NCBI GenBank assembly: GCA_052327205.1
Contig: CM126223.1
Span: 40,362,001 to 40,426,000, forward strand
Direction of reading: 5' to 3'
DNA length: 64,000 nucleotides
Source: Somniosus microcephalus
Lineage: Eukaryota
Numbering within the stretch: the first letter of the stretch is position 1; the number at the start of each line of letters is the position of its first letter. A model generated the notes under the pieces. The model did not search any database, was not told where the DNA came from, and saw only the letters and a list, made by a program, of their open reading frames with translations. Position numbers and translations under genes: made by a program. Positions 24,042-37,079 of this stretch are shown here, piece by piece.

Positions 24042-24506
24042 TAAAGAAAGAACCTGCATTTATATAGCGCCTTTCATGACCTCAGGATGTCACAAAGCCA
24101 CTTACAGCCAATTAAGTACTTTTGGAGTGTAGTCACTGTTGTAATGTAGGAACTGTGGCAGCTAATTTGCACACAGCAAGCTCCCACAAACAGCAATGTG
24201 ATAATGACCAGATAATCTGTTTTTGTGATGTTGATTGAGGGATAAATATCAGCCAGGACACCGGGGAGAACTCCCCTGCTCTTCTTCGAAATAGTGCCGT
24301 GGGATCTTTTACATCCACCTGAGAGAGCAAACAGGGCCTCGGTTTAATGTCTCATCCAAAAGATGGCACCTCTGACAGTGCAGCACTCCCTCAGCACTGC
24401 ACTGGAGTGTCAGCCTAGATTTTTGTGCTCAAGTCTCTGGAGTGGGACTATGAACCCACAACCTTCTGAAACAGAGACGAGAATGCTACCACTGAGTCAT
24501 GGCTGA
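24042..24506 (-). mobile_element. SacSINE1-like SINE, full length
   Basis: Reverse complement of the 16363-16806 family along its whole length. Confidence 0.85.
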
Positions 24507-24677
24507 TGTTTTGGTGAGGTCCGTTTGGCTAAGAGAGAACCTACCGCAAATTCCATTTTACAACGTCGCAACAGCATGTGTTAGTGCGTTCCTTAAAGAA
24601 TACAACCCAGTGCTCAGAGAGTAATGAAAATATATATTTTTAAGAATAGCTTGTAATATTTCCCAGTGCTTTTATTC

Positions 24678-25262
24678 ATAAGAATATAAGAAATAGGAGC
24701 AGGAGTAGGTCATTCGGCCCCTCAAGTCTGCTCCGCCATTCATTAAGATCATGGCTGATCTTTGACCTCAACTCCACTTTCCTGCACTATCCCCATATCC
24801 CTTGATTCACTTAATATCCAAAAATCTATCGATCTCTGTCTTGAATATACTCAACGACTGAGCCTCCACAGCCCTCTGGGGTAGAGAATTCCAAAGATTC
24901 ACCACCCTCTGAGTGAAGAAATTTCTCCTCATCTCAGTCCTAAATGGCTGACCCCTTATTCTGAGACTGTGACCCTTGGTTCTAGACTCCCCAGCCAGGG
25001 GAAATATCCTCCCTGCATCTACCCTGTCAAGCCCTGTAAGAATTTTGTATGTTTCAATGCGATCACCTCTCATTCTTCTAAACTCTAGAGAATATAGGCC
25101 TAGTCTACTCAACCTCTCTTCATAGGACAACCCCCTCCACCCCAGGAATCAGTCTGGTGAACCTTCGTTGCACTCACTCTATGGCAAGAGACCAAAACTG
25201 TACACAATACTCCAGGTGTGGTCTCACCTGGGCCCTGTATAATTGCAGTAAGACGTCTTTAC
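24678..25262 (-). mobile_element. CR1 LINE 3' end with internal deletion
   Basis: ORF 24807-25130 reads YEERLSRLGLYSLEFRRMRGD...RNFFTQRVVNLWNSLP, followed by a CR1 tail. Confidence 0.9.
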
Positions 25263-25585
25263 TCTGTCTTTAGTCATGTGTATTAAGGCAGCCAAAGGTT
25301 TGTGTGTGTCTATCTTTAATGAAACCTTTCAAGGTCTGTAAACAAAATAGTCAATGCCCCAATTTCCTGATTCAGACTCGGGTCCATCGATTGTGCAATT
25401 GTGTTTTGAGTAATTGAATAAGCTGCCTTATTGATCTCATTTATAGAATTCTATACACGTATATTCTTTTAAAGTGGCAAATTTCAACATTTTATTTACA
25501 AACAAATGTCCCTCCCAAATACTGAACCATATGTAGATTCATTGTGGTGAAATCCAGTTTACGCATTGTACAGTATATTGTATAT

Positions 25586-26020
25586 TGTCAGCTGTGGTTC
25601 GGGGTAGCACGCTCGCCTCTGAGTCACAAGGTCGTGGGTTCATAGTCCCACTCCAGGCACTTGAGTACAAAAATCTAGGCTGACACTCCAGTGCAGTGCT
25701 GCACTGTCAGAGGTGCTGTCTTTCGATGAGACGTTAAACCGAGGCCCCGTCTGCTCTCGCAGGTGGACGTAAAAGATTCCGTGGCACTATTTCGAAGAGC
25801 CAGGGGAGTTATCCCTGGTGACCTGGCCAATATTTATCCCTCAACATAACAAAAACAGTTTATCTGGTTATTATCACATTGCTGTTTGTGGGAGCTTGCT
25901 GTGTGCAATTTGGCTGCCGCGTTTCCCACATTACAACAGTGACTACACTCCAAAAGTACTGTAAAGCGCCTTGAGACATCTGGTAGTCGTGAAAGGCGCC
26001 ATATAAATGTAAGTCTTTCT
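25586..26020 (+). mobile_element. SacSINE1-like SINE, full length
   Basis: Same head, core and tail as 16363-16806. Confidence 0.85.
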
Positions 26021-27566
26021 ATATGTTCAGGGGGAGAAGGAAGGGGTACTGGTTCTTCCTGGAGTGTATTGAGTTGGATGACATTGCTGTTGGCTAGTTG
26101 CCATATAGCACGTCTGCTATAAAGCACAAGCTGGCTTATTGTGTTACAGTACTACATTCATAGTGTACCTCAAGAAAAAGACACAGGCCACCAGCTAATT
26201 AGTATAAGAAGACAATGTGAAGAGTTGGATTTTTCTTCAATCATCTATTTCTATTGTTTCCCCTGACGAGAAGTACGGGGGAGAGGTGTGTGACACTGAC
26301 CATCCTTGAATGCTAACTAAGCACTTCACTGACTTAATGCATCAGCTGTTTTCATGCAAACTTTTGTAAGTCTTAAAAAAAAATGCATACATCATTCATG
26401 AGTCCCATTCACCTGTCTGCAAGAATCAGCTTCGTATCTCAATAACTCAAAACTCATTTCAGAATTTCGCTAAATTCGGACGGTGACTTTTCTCCCATCA
26501 TCCTCTGGGGTCATGATTAGAAATACTGACAACTATCAGTGCGTTGCATCACGTGTCCATAAATATTCTTTGTTCGTGCATTGTCACCTCAGTAAGTAAA
26601 ATATATTCTCTTGTCAAAATTGATGAGGGACTTTCTCTTATTAGCCTCATGGCTTCTTTCAATAATGGAATGACATGGAAACCATACCATGTTTGTGTGT
26701 TTTTTTTTATTATGTATCTTTTCCTCATCAGATTGGGGATTAGCCTACAGAATGAACATGGGAGAAACTTCCATTTGCGCTATGGCAAAACTGTCCACGT
26801 GCTTTGTGCTAAAGCCAAATGCACATCAAACATTGATGTAAACACGAAAAATGCCAGAAGTAACTGGTGTTACGTTAATGAAAACCATATTTTTCTCGTG
26901 ACAATTGAATAATCATTTCATAACCTTCAGTGTCAACGCCTTTTACAACAGACTTCGTTGTGAGCATTGCTTGTGTCTAGATTATTAGGGTTCCATTGGT
27001 ATGAAGGAAACGAGTGGAAAATGATTAACTGCTTTTCAAACCTTTTATTACAGTAGTAATGTTTTGTCTTTAGTGGTGGTGGTGGGTGTGGGTGGTTGTG
27101 GGGGTGGGGGACGCGCAGAGTATGTAATATGTGCCTCTGTAAATAAGGGCTTGTAAGAAACTGAAGACTAGGCTCTAGTACTCTATCCTTCACCAGCTGG
27201 CTATCCGACTTTTACAACTGCTCCTTGGTTGAAGCTAGCTTTAGTGTGACCAGCACCCGTTTACACTGGCAATACTGCTTCGGCCTGCCTTTGAAGGAAC
27301 ATGTCTCTTCACGTATCGTATTGGGGCTAAACTGTGGTTTGTCTGCTGCAGTGCACCTCCCCAAGCCTTCGCTATCTGCCCCCTCAAAGCCTGAAACAAC
27401 TCTGGCCCTAGTTACACCTGTTGTTATTGCCTGTTTGAATTTTGTTGACTTGGATGTTTGGAATGGGCTGTTCTTATTGTTCCTTCATTGGTGGAGAATC
27501 CTAAATTAGAACACAAAGATTTGTTAGATATCTGCAAATTAACAGGAAAATGGAATTAAACTTACT

Positions 27567-28435
27567 GGGGGAAAAATTCGTTTGATTAGCGCCTCCCATT
27601 AACGCCCTCAATGGGGCGCAAAGCAAGTAGCACCCGGGCGCGGCAATGTTTGCGCCGCTCGCAAAATTGACCAGACATTTTGCGGCGGCGCTAAACACTA
27701 CCGCCACGATCTCCTGCACCTGCAGATCGTGACGTCAGTCGAGCGTGCAACATCCCGGTAGTGCCCCAGACCGGATATTGAGCGACCCCCCCCTGCCTTA
27801 CTGCCTGCCGCTAGCAACAACAGGTAGAGGGGAACGTTTTGCAGTCAGGAAGGGACTGGGGGAGCGCTATTTAAAGGTGACCGCTCCCTGCCTTTTTTTG
27901 TTGGCGACATTTTTGCACCACGCATTCAGAGAGAGAGAGAGACTTCTGGAGAGATTCAAAGCTGTGTGAAGGAGTTTTGGGTACTGAGCAGCACTTTGCA
28001 GGTTCATTTTGATTTGCCCTTCCTTGTATCGATTTAGAAGAGATTATGGGGGCTGCACTCTGAGCTCTTTCCCTGGACCTCTCCATTGTTCTTTCCAGCA
28101 GAATTGATGTACAGGTCTCTCCTGGCTGAGATTCAAAGCTGCAATGAGCAGGATGTAGCTGGAGAGCAATATCGACCCTCCCCTTTAAGAACTGGCCGGC
28201 CCAAGTGTGTGATCCATTGCTGACTGACATCACCTGAGCTTCGCCAGCGCTCTGAGGTAGTGCCTTGCTCCTCGGCGTTAGCGCCTTAAGATAGTTGTGT
28301 AGCACCTGATTTAGTGCTCCAATCATCTCCGGGGGCGATAGAAGTCAGGTTTGCAGTCGGAGGCGATAATTAGCGCCAACTTTGCGCCTGGCTGATAATT
28401 GCACCCCAGACGGGGCGATACTGAATTTCTCCCCC
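27567..28435. mobile_element. Harbinger-derived MITE (about 870 bp), same family as 62362-63251
   Basis: TIRs GGGGGAAAAATTC and GAATTTCTCCCCC. Colinear, highly similar second copy at 62362-63251. Confidence 0.8.
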
Positions 28436-28789
28436 CTATATGTGGCTCCTGATGCACCATGGTATGCCCCTATGGGGGCCCACTAATACAAAGATCAACA
28501 CCTCAGTGCTGAGTCAGTGACAATGCTGTTTATAGTGGTTGCACTTTGGAAGGGCCTTATATACTTGTGCTGTTGATTTAAAACTGACCTCAGGCAAAGT
28601 TTTAAAACTTTTCTCCCCTCATTCCTCCCCTCTTTTTGTAGCACACATCAGGGTTAATTCCTTAATCCTGGGTGAAATGGGACTTGCAGGGAATGTTGGC
28701 CAGGGTTTCAGTGTTGCAGCCCAATCTCTGGCCCATGCTTTTGTCTGTTGCTTCCTTACTCAGCGTGCAAAATTGTGAAATTAAAAAAA

Positions 28790-29915
28790 TAAGGCGTTTG
28801 CATTTATGTAAGCACCTCTCACGACTTCAGGACGTCCCAAACGCTTCACAGCCAATGAAGTACTTTTGAAGTATAGTCACTGTTGTAATGTAGGGAATTG
28901 CGGCAGGCAATTGACGCACAGCAAGATCCCACAATCAATCATCAGATAAATGACCAGACAGTCTGCTTTTGGTGGTTGAGGGATAGATATTGGCCAGGAG
29001 GACTTTTTTTTTACATTCAAACGAGAGGGCAGACAGGGCCTCGGTTTAACGTCTCATCTGAAAGACAGAGGCCTAGAAATTCGGTGGGCTGCGCCACCAG
29101 TTAGCGCCTAAGGAGGGCACTCGGTGGTTTTAGCGCCACTGGCCGCGCCTCCCGCGATATTTAGCTGGGGCGCTAATGGCGGCGTTAACCTGTTGCGCTG
29201 CGCCACCTCCGATGACATCATCGGTGTGCGCAGCGCCCCGCTACCGCCCCGATCTCGATATTTGGCAGCGACCGCCTCTGTAGCGCCGTTCGCAAATGGC
29301 GCCCGGTTCACGGGGCCTTCCTGTGGCGGCAGTGGCGCAAATTAAGGTGGATGTGCGGGGCAGCCGTTTTTTTCGGTGGCCGCCTGCCAGCACCTCTGTC
29401 CCCGGCCTCTTGATCGCCCCCCGCAGCATTGCCGGCTGTTTTCCGAGAGCCCGGCACTTCTCGGTGCCGGGCTCTTTTGCCGGCGCTTGCGATCTCTGAT
29501 CGCGCTGGTGCAGGCCCCTCCCCCTTAAGAATGGGAGGAAGGCCTGCAGTACCGCAGCGCGCCGTGCCGCAGCGTGTGGCGCTGTGGCACGTTGCGCTGC
29601 GATATTCAGTTTCAGCGCCCTAAGAGGGACGCGGAGCGCCTCGAGCCTCGCCCTGTGTCCCTCTTGGGGCGCTCAAGCTGAATTTCTGGCGGTCGCTACT
29701 GCTCCAAACGCTGCGCTAAATCCAGCGCCCAGGCGAGCTTGGCGCCCCGTTTGCAGCTCCACCCAATTTCTCCCCCAGAAACTCCGACAGTGCAGCGCTC
29801 CTTCATTACTGCACCAAAGTGTCAGCCTTGATTTTTGTGCTCCAGTCTCTGGAGTGGGACTTGAACCCACAGCCTTGTGACTCAGGCGAGGGCGCTACCA
29901 ACTGAGCCACGGTTG
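28790..29915 (-). mobile_element. SacSINE1-like SINE split by a Harbinger MITE
   Basis: SINE sequence GTCTCATCTGAAAGAC resumes as ACTCCGACAGTGCAGC after the MITE. Confidence 0.8.
29070..29776. mobile_element. Harbinger-type MITE with 3-bp TSD
   Basis: Ends GGCCTAGAAATT and AATTTCTCCCCC. TSD AGA at 29067-29069 and 29777-29779. Confidence 0.8.
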
Positions 29916-31171
29916 ATGCAGATTAGCTTAAAGCGCTGTCATGCCAAGAAAACTTGACATTTGTCCCAGTGCTGCATTGCCTGGTGCCGAATAACTGGGG
30001 CACTCCATTCAAAATAGCCTCTTGCCAAAGTAGAAACATCGCAAAAGCCGAACAACAGCTTCAAAAAACCGGCACAGCATGTAAAAAATTGACAACTCAA
30101 GAATGACCCAGACATGCGAGAACAAGTAGTTGCATGGGCTTTGTAACTTAAATGATAGATATACACAACACTTGTATTGAGGGGGGGCGGAAAAACATAA
30201 GCACATGAAAGCCTGAAGGGGAAATCCAAATGTTGAAGGCACAAAATTGTTGGAAACTTTCGAATTTTTACACTAAACATGATGCACCTTATTAATTTTA
30301 AACACATGCTTCACAATTAATAGACTTTTTAAGATCTTAAAAACATAGTGACCATTGGATTCTCACTCGCCTACATCCAAATCCCACCACCCCACAAAGG
30401 CAATCCCTCTGGACTTAATTCTCAGTCACGACTACATCCCATTTCAACTCCCCAGCCTTTAACAGAGATGCTGCAGTAGGTTTTTCTCTTTGCGCCAGGT
30501 GGCAAGTGGATTGGTGAGGTGGAAATCCTTATTGCAAAATGAGGACTGGACGGGTAGGAGAGAGGGGCCTAGTTATGCTGATTTGTGTCAGCAAATGCTG
30601 ACCTGGCCCCCAAAAACAAAACACTGACTGTTGGCATGTATGTAGCTGTCGGGCCATCGTCCCTGGCCCGGGTTTCGCTTGTCAAATCTTTTAATTGTTT
30701 GTTAAAATGTGCTGAGCTAACTCCCATGACAAATGTTTAGTAATGCAGTGTACAGCAAATTTAGAGGGCTTTAGTGTTTGAAAGGCCCTGCTGCAATAAT
30801 GGTGCTCTGTGAAGATTGTATTTGTAATTTGTAAAATGGAGCTGAGCATGTCTTGAGTGAAGGGGGAGTTTTTCTTTTCCACTTTGTGCAATTGCTACGT
30901 AAACATTTTTTTGGTGTCGGCCATGGTTCAGTTGGTTGCACTCTCGCCTCTAAGTCAGAAGGTTGTGGGTTGCAGTCCCACTTCAGAGGCTTGAATGCAA
31001 AACCTAGACTACTCCCGTGCAGTACCGAGGGAAACGCTGCACGATCAGAGGAGCCGTCCTTCAGATGAGGCGTTCGTCCGAGACCCCACCTGCCCTCTCG
31101 GATGGATGTAAAAGCTCCCATGACACTATCCGAAGAAGAGCAGGGGAGTTCTCCCCGGTGTCCTGGTCAAT

Positions 31172-34100
31172 ATTAATCTCTGGATTATTACCTGAGCCAC
31201 GAGCGAATTTGGCTAGGACAAATAAAATTAGAGAGTTAAATGTGCGGCTCAAAGACTGGTGTGGGAGAAATGGGTTTTGCTTCCTGGGACACTGGCACCA
31301 GTACTGGGGCAGGAGGGAGCTGTTCCGTTGGGACGGGCTTCACTTGGCCAGTGCTGGGACTAGAGTCCTGGCGGATCATATAACTAGGGCTGTAGAGAGG
31401 GCTTTAAACTAACCAGTGGGGGGGGGAGGTTCCTAGAGAGCAAATAATAAAAATGGCAACAGAGAAGGTCATAGACTTAGGTAGCAGTGGGGAAATTAAA
31501 AACCAGAGTGTGTCAGGAAGGGGCAGAAGGTATGGAGTAAAAGGTAAAGTAATAAAAAGGGCAAAAGCAGGAACTAAGTGTCACAAAACATATTTGAAAG
31601 TTCTCCATCTGAATGCACGTAGCATTCGTAACAAAATAGACGAGTTAATGGCACAAATAACTACATATGGGTATGATCTTGTGGCCATTACAGAAACATG
31701 GCTGCAGGGTGACAATGCCTGGGAATTAAACATACCAGGTTATTTAACGATCAGGAAGGACAGGCAGGAAGGAAGGGGAGGTGGGGTGGCTATGTTAATA
31801 AAGGAAGGAATCATTCTAATACAGAGAAATGATATTGGGTCAAAAGATCGGGATAATGAAACAGTTTGGGTGGAGGTAAGGAATAATAAGGGGAAAAAAA
31901 CACTAGTGGGCGTAGTCTATAGGCCTCCGAACAGTTGCAACTCTGTTGGACGGAGTATCAATCAGGAACTAGTTGAGGCTTGTAATAAGGGAGCATCTAT
32001 AATTATGGGGGATTTTAACTATCATATTAATTGGACAAATCAAATTGGGCAGGGCTGCCTTGAGGATGAGTTCATTGAGTGTATTAGGGATGGGTTTCTT
32101 GAGCAGTATGTAACTGAACCGACCAGGGGGCAAGCAACCTTAGACCTGGTCCTGTGTAACGAGACAGGATTAATTAAAAATGTCCTAGTAAAGGATCCCC
32201 TTGGAATGAGTGACCATAACATGGTTGAATTCCATATTCAATTAGAGGGTGAGAAGGTTGGATCTCAAACAAGCGTGCTAAGCTTGAATAAAGGAGACTA
32301 TGAAGGTATGAGAGCGGAATTGAGTAGAGTGGATTGGGAAAATAGATTAAAGGGTAAGACGATACATGATCAGTGGTGTACATTTAAGGAGTTATTTTAC
32401 AACTTCCAAAAAATATATATTCCACTGAGAAGAAAAGGGTGTAAAAGAAAAGACAGCCATCCGTGGCTAAGTAAAGAAATTAAGGATAGTATTCGACTAA
32501 AAACAAGGGCATATAAGGTAGCCAAATCTAGTGGGAGGATAGAGGATTGGGAAAACTTTAAAAGACAGCAAAAAGTAACAAAAAGATTGATTAAGAAAGG
32601 GAAGATAGATTATGAAAATAAATTAGCAAAAAATATAAAAACAGATAGTAAGAGTTTTTATAGTTATATAAAAAGAAAAAGGGTGGCTAAAGTAAATGTT
32701 GGTCCCTTAGAGGATGAGACCGGGAAATTAATGGTGGGAAATACGGAGATGGCAAAAACACTGAATGAATATTTTGTATCAGTCTTTACAGTAGAAGACA
32801 CTAAGAATATCCCAACACTGGACAAACAGGGGGCTATAGGGGGGGAGGAGCTAAACACGATCAAAATCACTAAGGAAGTGGTACTCGGTAAAATAATGGG
32901 ACTCAAGGCGGATAAATCACCTGGACCTGATGGCTTACATCCTAGGGTCTTGAGGGAAGTGGCGGTAGGGATTGTGGATGCATTGGTAATAATTTTCCAA
33001 AACTCCCTGGACTCTGCAAAGGTCCCGGCAGACTGGAAAACTGCTAATGTAACGCCCTTATTTAAAAAGGGCAGTAGACAGAAGGCTGGAAACTATAGAC
33101 TGGTTAGCCTAACATCTGTGGTAGGTAAAATATTGGAGTCCATTATTAAGGAGACAGTAACAGGACATTTGGATAATCATAATTTAATAGGACAAAGTCA
33201 GCATGGTTTTATGAAGGGGAAGTCATGTTTGACAAATTTGTTGGAGTTCTTTGAGGAAGTAACGTACAGGGTGGATAAAGGGGAACCAGTGGACGTAGTG
33301 TATTTAGACTTCCAAAAGGCATTTGACAAGGTACCACACAAGATTATTGCTTAAGATAAAAAATCATGGGATGGGGGTAATATTCTGGCATGGATAGAGG
33401 ATTGGCTATCTAACAGAAGGCAGAGAGTTGGGATAAATGGTTCCTTCTCAGACTGGCAATCAGTAACTAGTGGTGTTCCACAGGGGTCAGTGCTGGGTCC
33501 CCAACTCTTTACAATCTATATTAACGATTTGGAGGAGGGGACCGAGTGTAACATATCAAAGTTTGCAGATGATACTAAGATGGGAGGGAAAGTAGCGAGT
33601 GAGGAGGACATAAAAAACATGCAAGGGGACATAGACAGGCTAAGTAAGTGGGCAGAGATTTGGCAGATGGAATACAATACTGGAAAGTGTGAGGTTATGC
33701 ACTTTGGCAGGAAAAATCGTAGAGCAAGTTATTATCTTAATGGCAAGAAACTGGAAAGTACTGAAGTACAAAGGGATCTGGGGGTCCTGGTGCACGAAAC
33801 TCAAAAGGTTAGTATGCAGGTGCAGCAAGTGATTAAGAAGGCCAATGGAATGTTGGCTTTCATTGCTAGGGGGATAGAATATAAAAATAGGGAGGTATTG
33901 CTTCAGTTGTACAAGGTATTGGTGAGACCGCACCTGGAATACTGCGTACAGTTTTGGTGTCCATACTTAAGAAAAGACATACTTGCTCTCGAGTCAGTAC
34001 AAAGAAGGTTCACTCGATTAATCCTGGGGATGAGGGGATGGACATATGAGGAGAGGTTGAGTAGATTGGGACTCTACTCATTGGAGTTCAGAAGAATGAG

Positions 34101-34620
34101 AGGCGATCTTATTGAAACATATAAGATTGTGAAGGGGTTGGATCGGGTGGATGCGGGGAGGATGTTCCCGATGATGGGTGAAACTAGAACTAGGGGGCAT
34201 AGTCTTAGAATAAGGGGCTGCTCTTTCAAAACTGAGATGAGGAGGAACTACTTCACTCAGAGGGTGATAGGTCCATGGAATATGCTGCCCCAAAAAGCTG
34301 TAGAAGCTACATCATTACATAAATTTAAAACAGAAATAGACAGTTTCCTAGAAGTAAAGGGTTATGGGGAGCGGGCAGGAATTTGGACATGAATCTAGGT
34401 TCGGATCGGTCATGGCCCTGTGGGTAGCGGAGCTGGCCCAGGAGCCGTGTAGCCTGATCCTGCTCCTATTTCGTGTGTCTAATTCTGTTAGATTCAGGAG
34501 ATGGTTCTGTGATAGTAGATTGGCGGTTAGGATCAGATCAGCCATGATCTTATAGAATGGCGGAGCAGGCTCGAGGGGCCGATTGGCCTACGCCTGCTCC
34601 TATTTCTTATGTTCTTATGT
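31172..34620 (+). mobile_element. CR1 LINE copy 3: 3' end of ORF1 (SGNH esterase) plus almost complete ORF2, frameshifted near 33340-33380
   Basis: ORF1 end ISGLLP..DGLHL..VERALN* at 31412. ORF2 31453-33354 (NARSI, ITETW, YRPP, GDFN, SDH, YLDFQKAFDKVPH) and 33490-34392 (KFADDTK). 3' hairpin and TTCTTATG tail. Confidence 0.96.
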
Positions 34621-34738
34621 TCAACCAACACCACATAAACAGATTATCTGCTCATTATCACATTGCTGTTTGTGGGACCTTGCTACAACAGTGACTACAC
34701 TTCGAAAGTACTTCATTGGCGCTTTGGGATGCCCTGAG

Positions 34739-35355
34739 CTCGGTTCGAGTACAGGAACAAGGATGTCTTGCTGCAGTTGTACAGGGCCTTGGTGAGACCA
34801 CACCTCGAGTATTGTGTGCAGTTTTGGTCGCCTTATCTGAGGAAGGATGTTCTTGCCATGGAAGGAGTGCAGTGAAGATTCACCAGACTGACACCTGGGA
34901 TGGCAGGAATGATGTATGAGGAGAGATTGGGTCGATTGGGCTTATACTTGCTGGAGTTTAGAAGAATGAGAGGGGATCTCATTGAAACTTATAAAATTCT
35001 AACAGGACTGGACAGACTAGATGCAGGAAGGATGTTCCCGATGGTGGGGGAGTCCAGAACCAGGGGTCACAGAATAAGGGGTAAGCCATTTAGGACAGAG
35101 ATGAGGAGGAATTTCTTCACCCAGAGTGGTGAACCTGTGGAATTCTCTACCACAGAAGGCAGTTGAGGCCAATTCATTAAATATATTCAAGAAGGAGTTG
35201 GATATATTTCTTAAGGCTGAAGGGATCAAGGGATATGGGGAGAAGGCAGGGACAGGGTACTGAATTTGGATTATCAGCCATGATCTCATTGAATGGCGGA
35301 GCAGGCTCGAGGGGCCGAATGGCCTACTCCTGCTCCTATCTTCTATGTTTCTATG
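34739..35355 (+). mobile_element. 5'-truncated CR1 (same young subfamily as copy 2 and 48855-49875)
   Basis: Nearly identical to 8118-8746. Confidence 0.92.
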
Positions 35356-35589
35356 AAAGGTGCTATATAAATGCAAGTCTTTTTCTTCCAAACTTCAAAA
35401 TTTACCAACTGTGGGGGGATCACAATAATAGTACATCACTAATTTCCTGAGAGCCTCGGCAGAGGAAGCAGTGCAGATGTTGGGGTAGAGAGGGACAGAT
35501 GTCCATGAATGAGTCAGAAGGGCCGACACCATCACTTCAACACTTAAAGGCATACAAAACAGTTCAGAAAATAAAGTGCTTCAAAGGGG

Positions 35590-35770
35590 AACCCCAACAT
35601 CTGAAGCGAGGAAAGAAAGGTTAACTTTTCACAGGGAGACACTTTGTCAGGATAGTCTGTGCCTGAAACATTAATCTATCTTTTCTCTTAACAGATGCTG
35701 ACAGACCAAATGCTGCGTATTGCCAGCGTTTTCTGTTTTTATATCAGATTTACAGTATTTGCAGTGTTTT
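35590..35770. mobile_element. Degenerate inverted pair of Penelope pLTR fragments
   Basis: GGTTAACTTTTCA..TTTGTCAG followed by CCTGAAACATTAA..ACAGATGCTG..TTCTGTTTTTATATCAGATTT. Confidence 0.55.
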
Positions 35771-36916
35771 TCTGTTGTTGTTACTGCTCCATATGGAAAG
35801 CGCTTGACGTTGAGAGGTCGGGTAACCAGGTTTTGCCCGTGACATTGTTACAGGTGATGGTAATTCTATGGGTAAGTATCGACTGTCGCAAGCACTGGCC
35901 CATAGAGCAGCTCCATATTTAAAAAACACTTTTTTTTTTCTAAATAATTATTGTGTGTCTTCGAGGAGTCCTATATTACCTAGATTTCACGCGAACAGTG
36001 GTTAGTGGATGTGCTGGGTGATGTCACTGTAGCCTGGTCATTCTATTAGCAGCGTAAGCAGTGTTGTGTACTGATTTCCCACCCACCCCGGTCTCCACAG
36101 ACTACTTTCTAAAATTCAATTAAGGAATTTTGAGGTAAAAGGGCAGCAATAAACTCCACCAAATTTACTGTGTCGGGTTAACATGTTTCAGGTGGGACCT
36201 CCCTGGTCTAAGACCTACGGTTACTTCAAACTGCTATTACTCAGAACATTAGCTGTGATTCTGGCCGGCAATATTTACTTCAAATGCTGCCGTCTACACT
36301 GTTCTGGATGGTGCGGGTTCTCCCTGTTGTGCGGTGCTCTGCAAAAGACAGACAGTCTGGTGGCACTAACTACATAAGACTACTCCTGCGCCTCGCTCTC
36401 GGGAGTGAGTTCCAGCGAAACTGCCAAGAGTCTGCACTGATGACAGACAGTATACAGGCTTTCCTTCGGTGAACTTGTGCAGTACTGCATCAAAGGATTG
36501 CATCCACTGGAGGGTCAGCGGTTGCCCCTTGTTAAAGACAGCCCCTTGTTAAAGTGTAACATAGTGTAAATAGGATTACAAGAGCAATTTGAAGGAATAT
36601 ATTTGGAGATTAGTGGGGTTCAGAAACTGGAAATGTATATAGATCCGAACAGAAGATTTGAATTACATTACCTTTTTTTATTTATATTTGTTTGTTTTTT
36701 TGGCTTGTCTTTGTAATCAATATAAATTGATGTAGTCTACTAATATAGGACGTATGATGAGGCAAATGCAGTTTAGTAAAGTTTTCAACGGAATTTTGAT
36801 AATCCTGTGCCATAATGAGTAAGCTCAAACCTCATAGCGGGGTTCTATCCCAGAATGCCTATTGTGGGGCTATCCAAATTCCCTAATATCTCTCTGGGTG
36901 GTTTGGGCACAGACAT

Positions 36917-37079
36917 GGGCTAGAAATTCACCTCGGGCAGTGGCGTGAAACGGGCGCTATTGGATTGGCCGCCCGTTATACGCAGCGCCGGGTATTCAGT
37001 TCCATTGCAGTCAATATAACGAGCGGCCGATCCAATACCGCCCGTATTGCCCCGCCGCCCGAGATGAATTTCTCTGCCC
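36917..37079. mobile_element. About 160-bp palindromic Harbinger-type mini-MITE
   Basis: GGGCTAGAAATTCACCTCGGGC...GCCCGAGATGAATTTCTCTGCCC, with about 65-bp imperfect inverted arms. Confidence 0.7.

Larger units (their letters stand above)
30914..35387 (+). mobile_element. SacSINE1-like SINE split twice by CR1 insertions (30914-31171, 34621-34738, 35356-35387)
   Basis: SINE head at 30914. GTCCTGGTCAATATT continues as TCAACCAACACC at 34621. Tail AAAGGTGCTATATAAATGCAAGTC at 35356. Confidence 0.75.
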
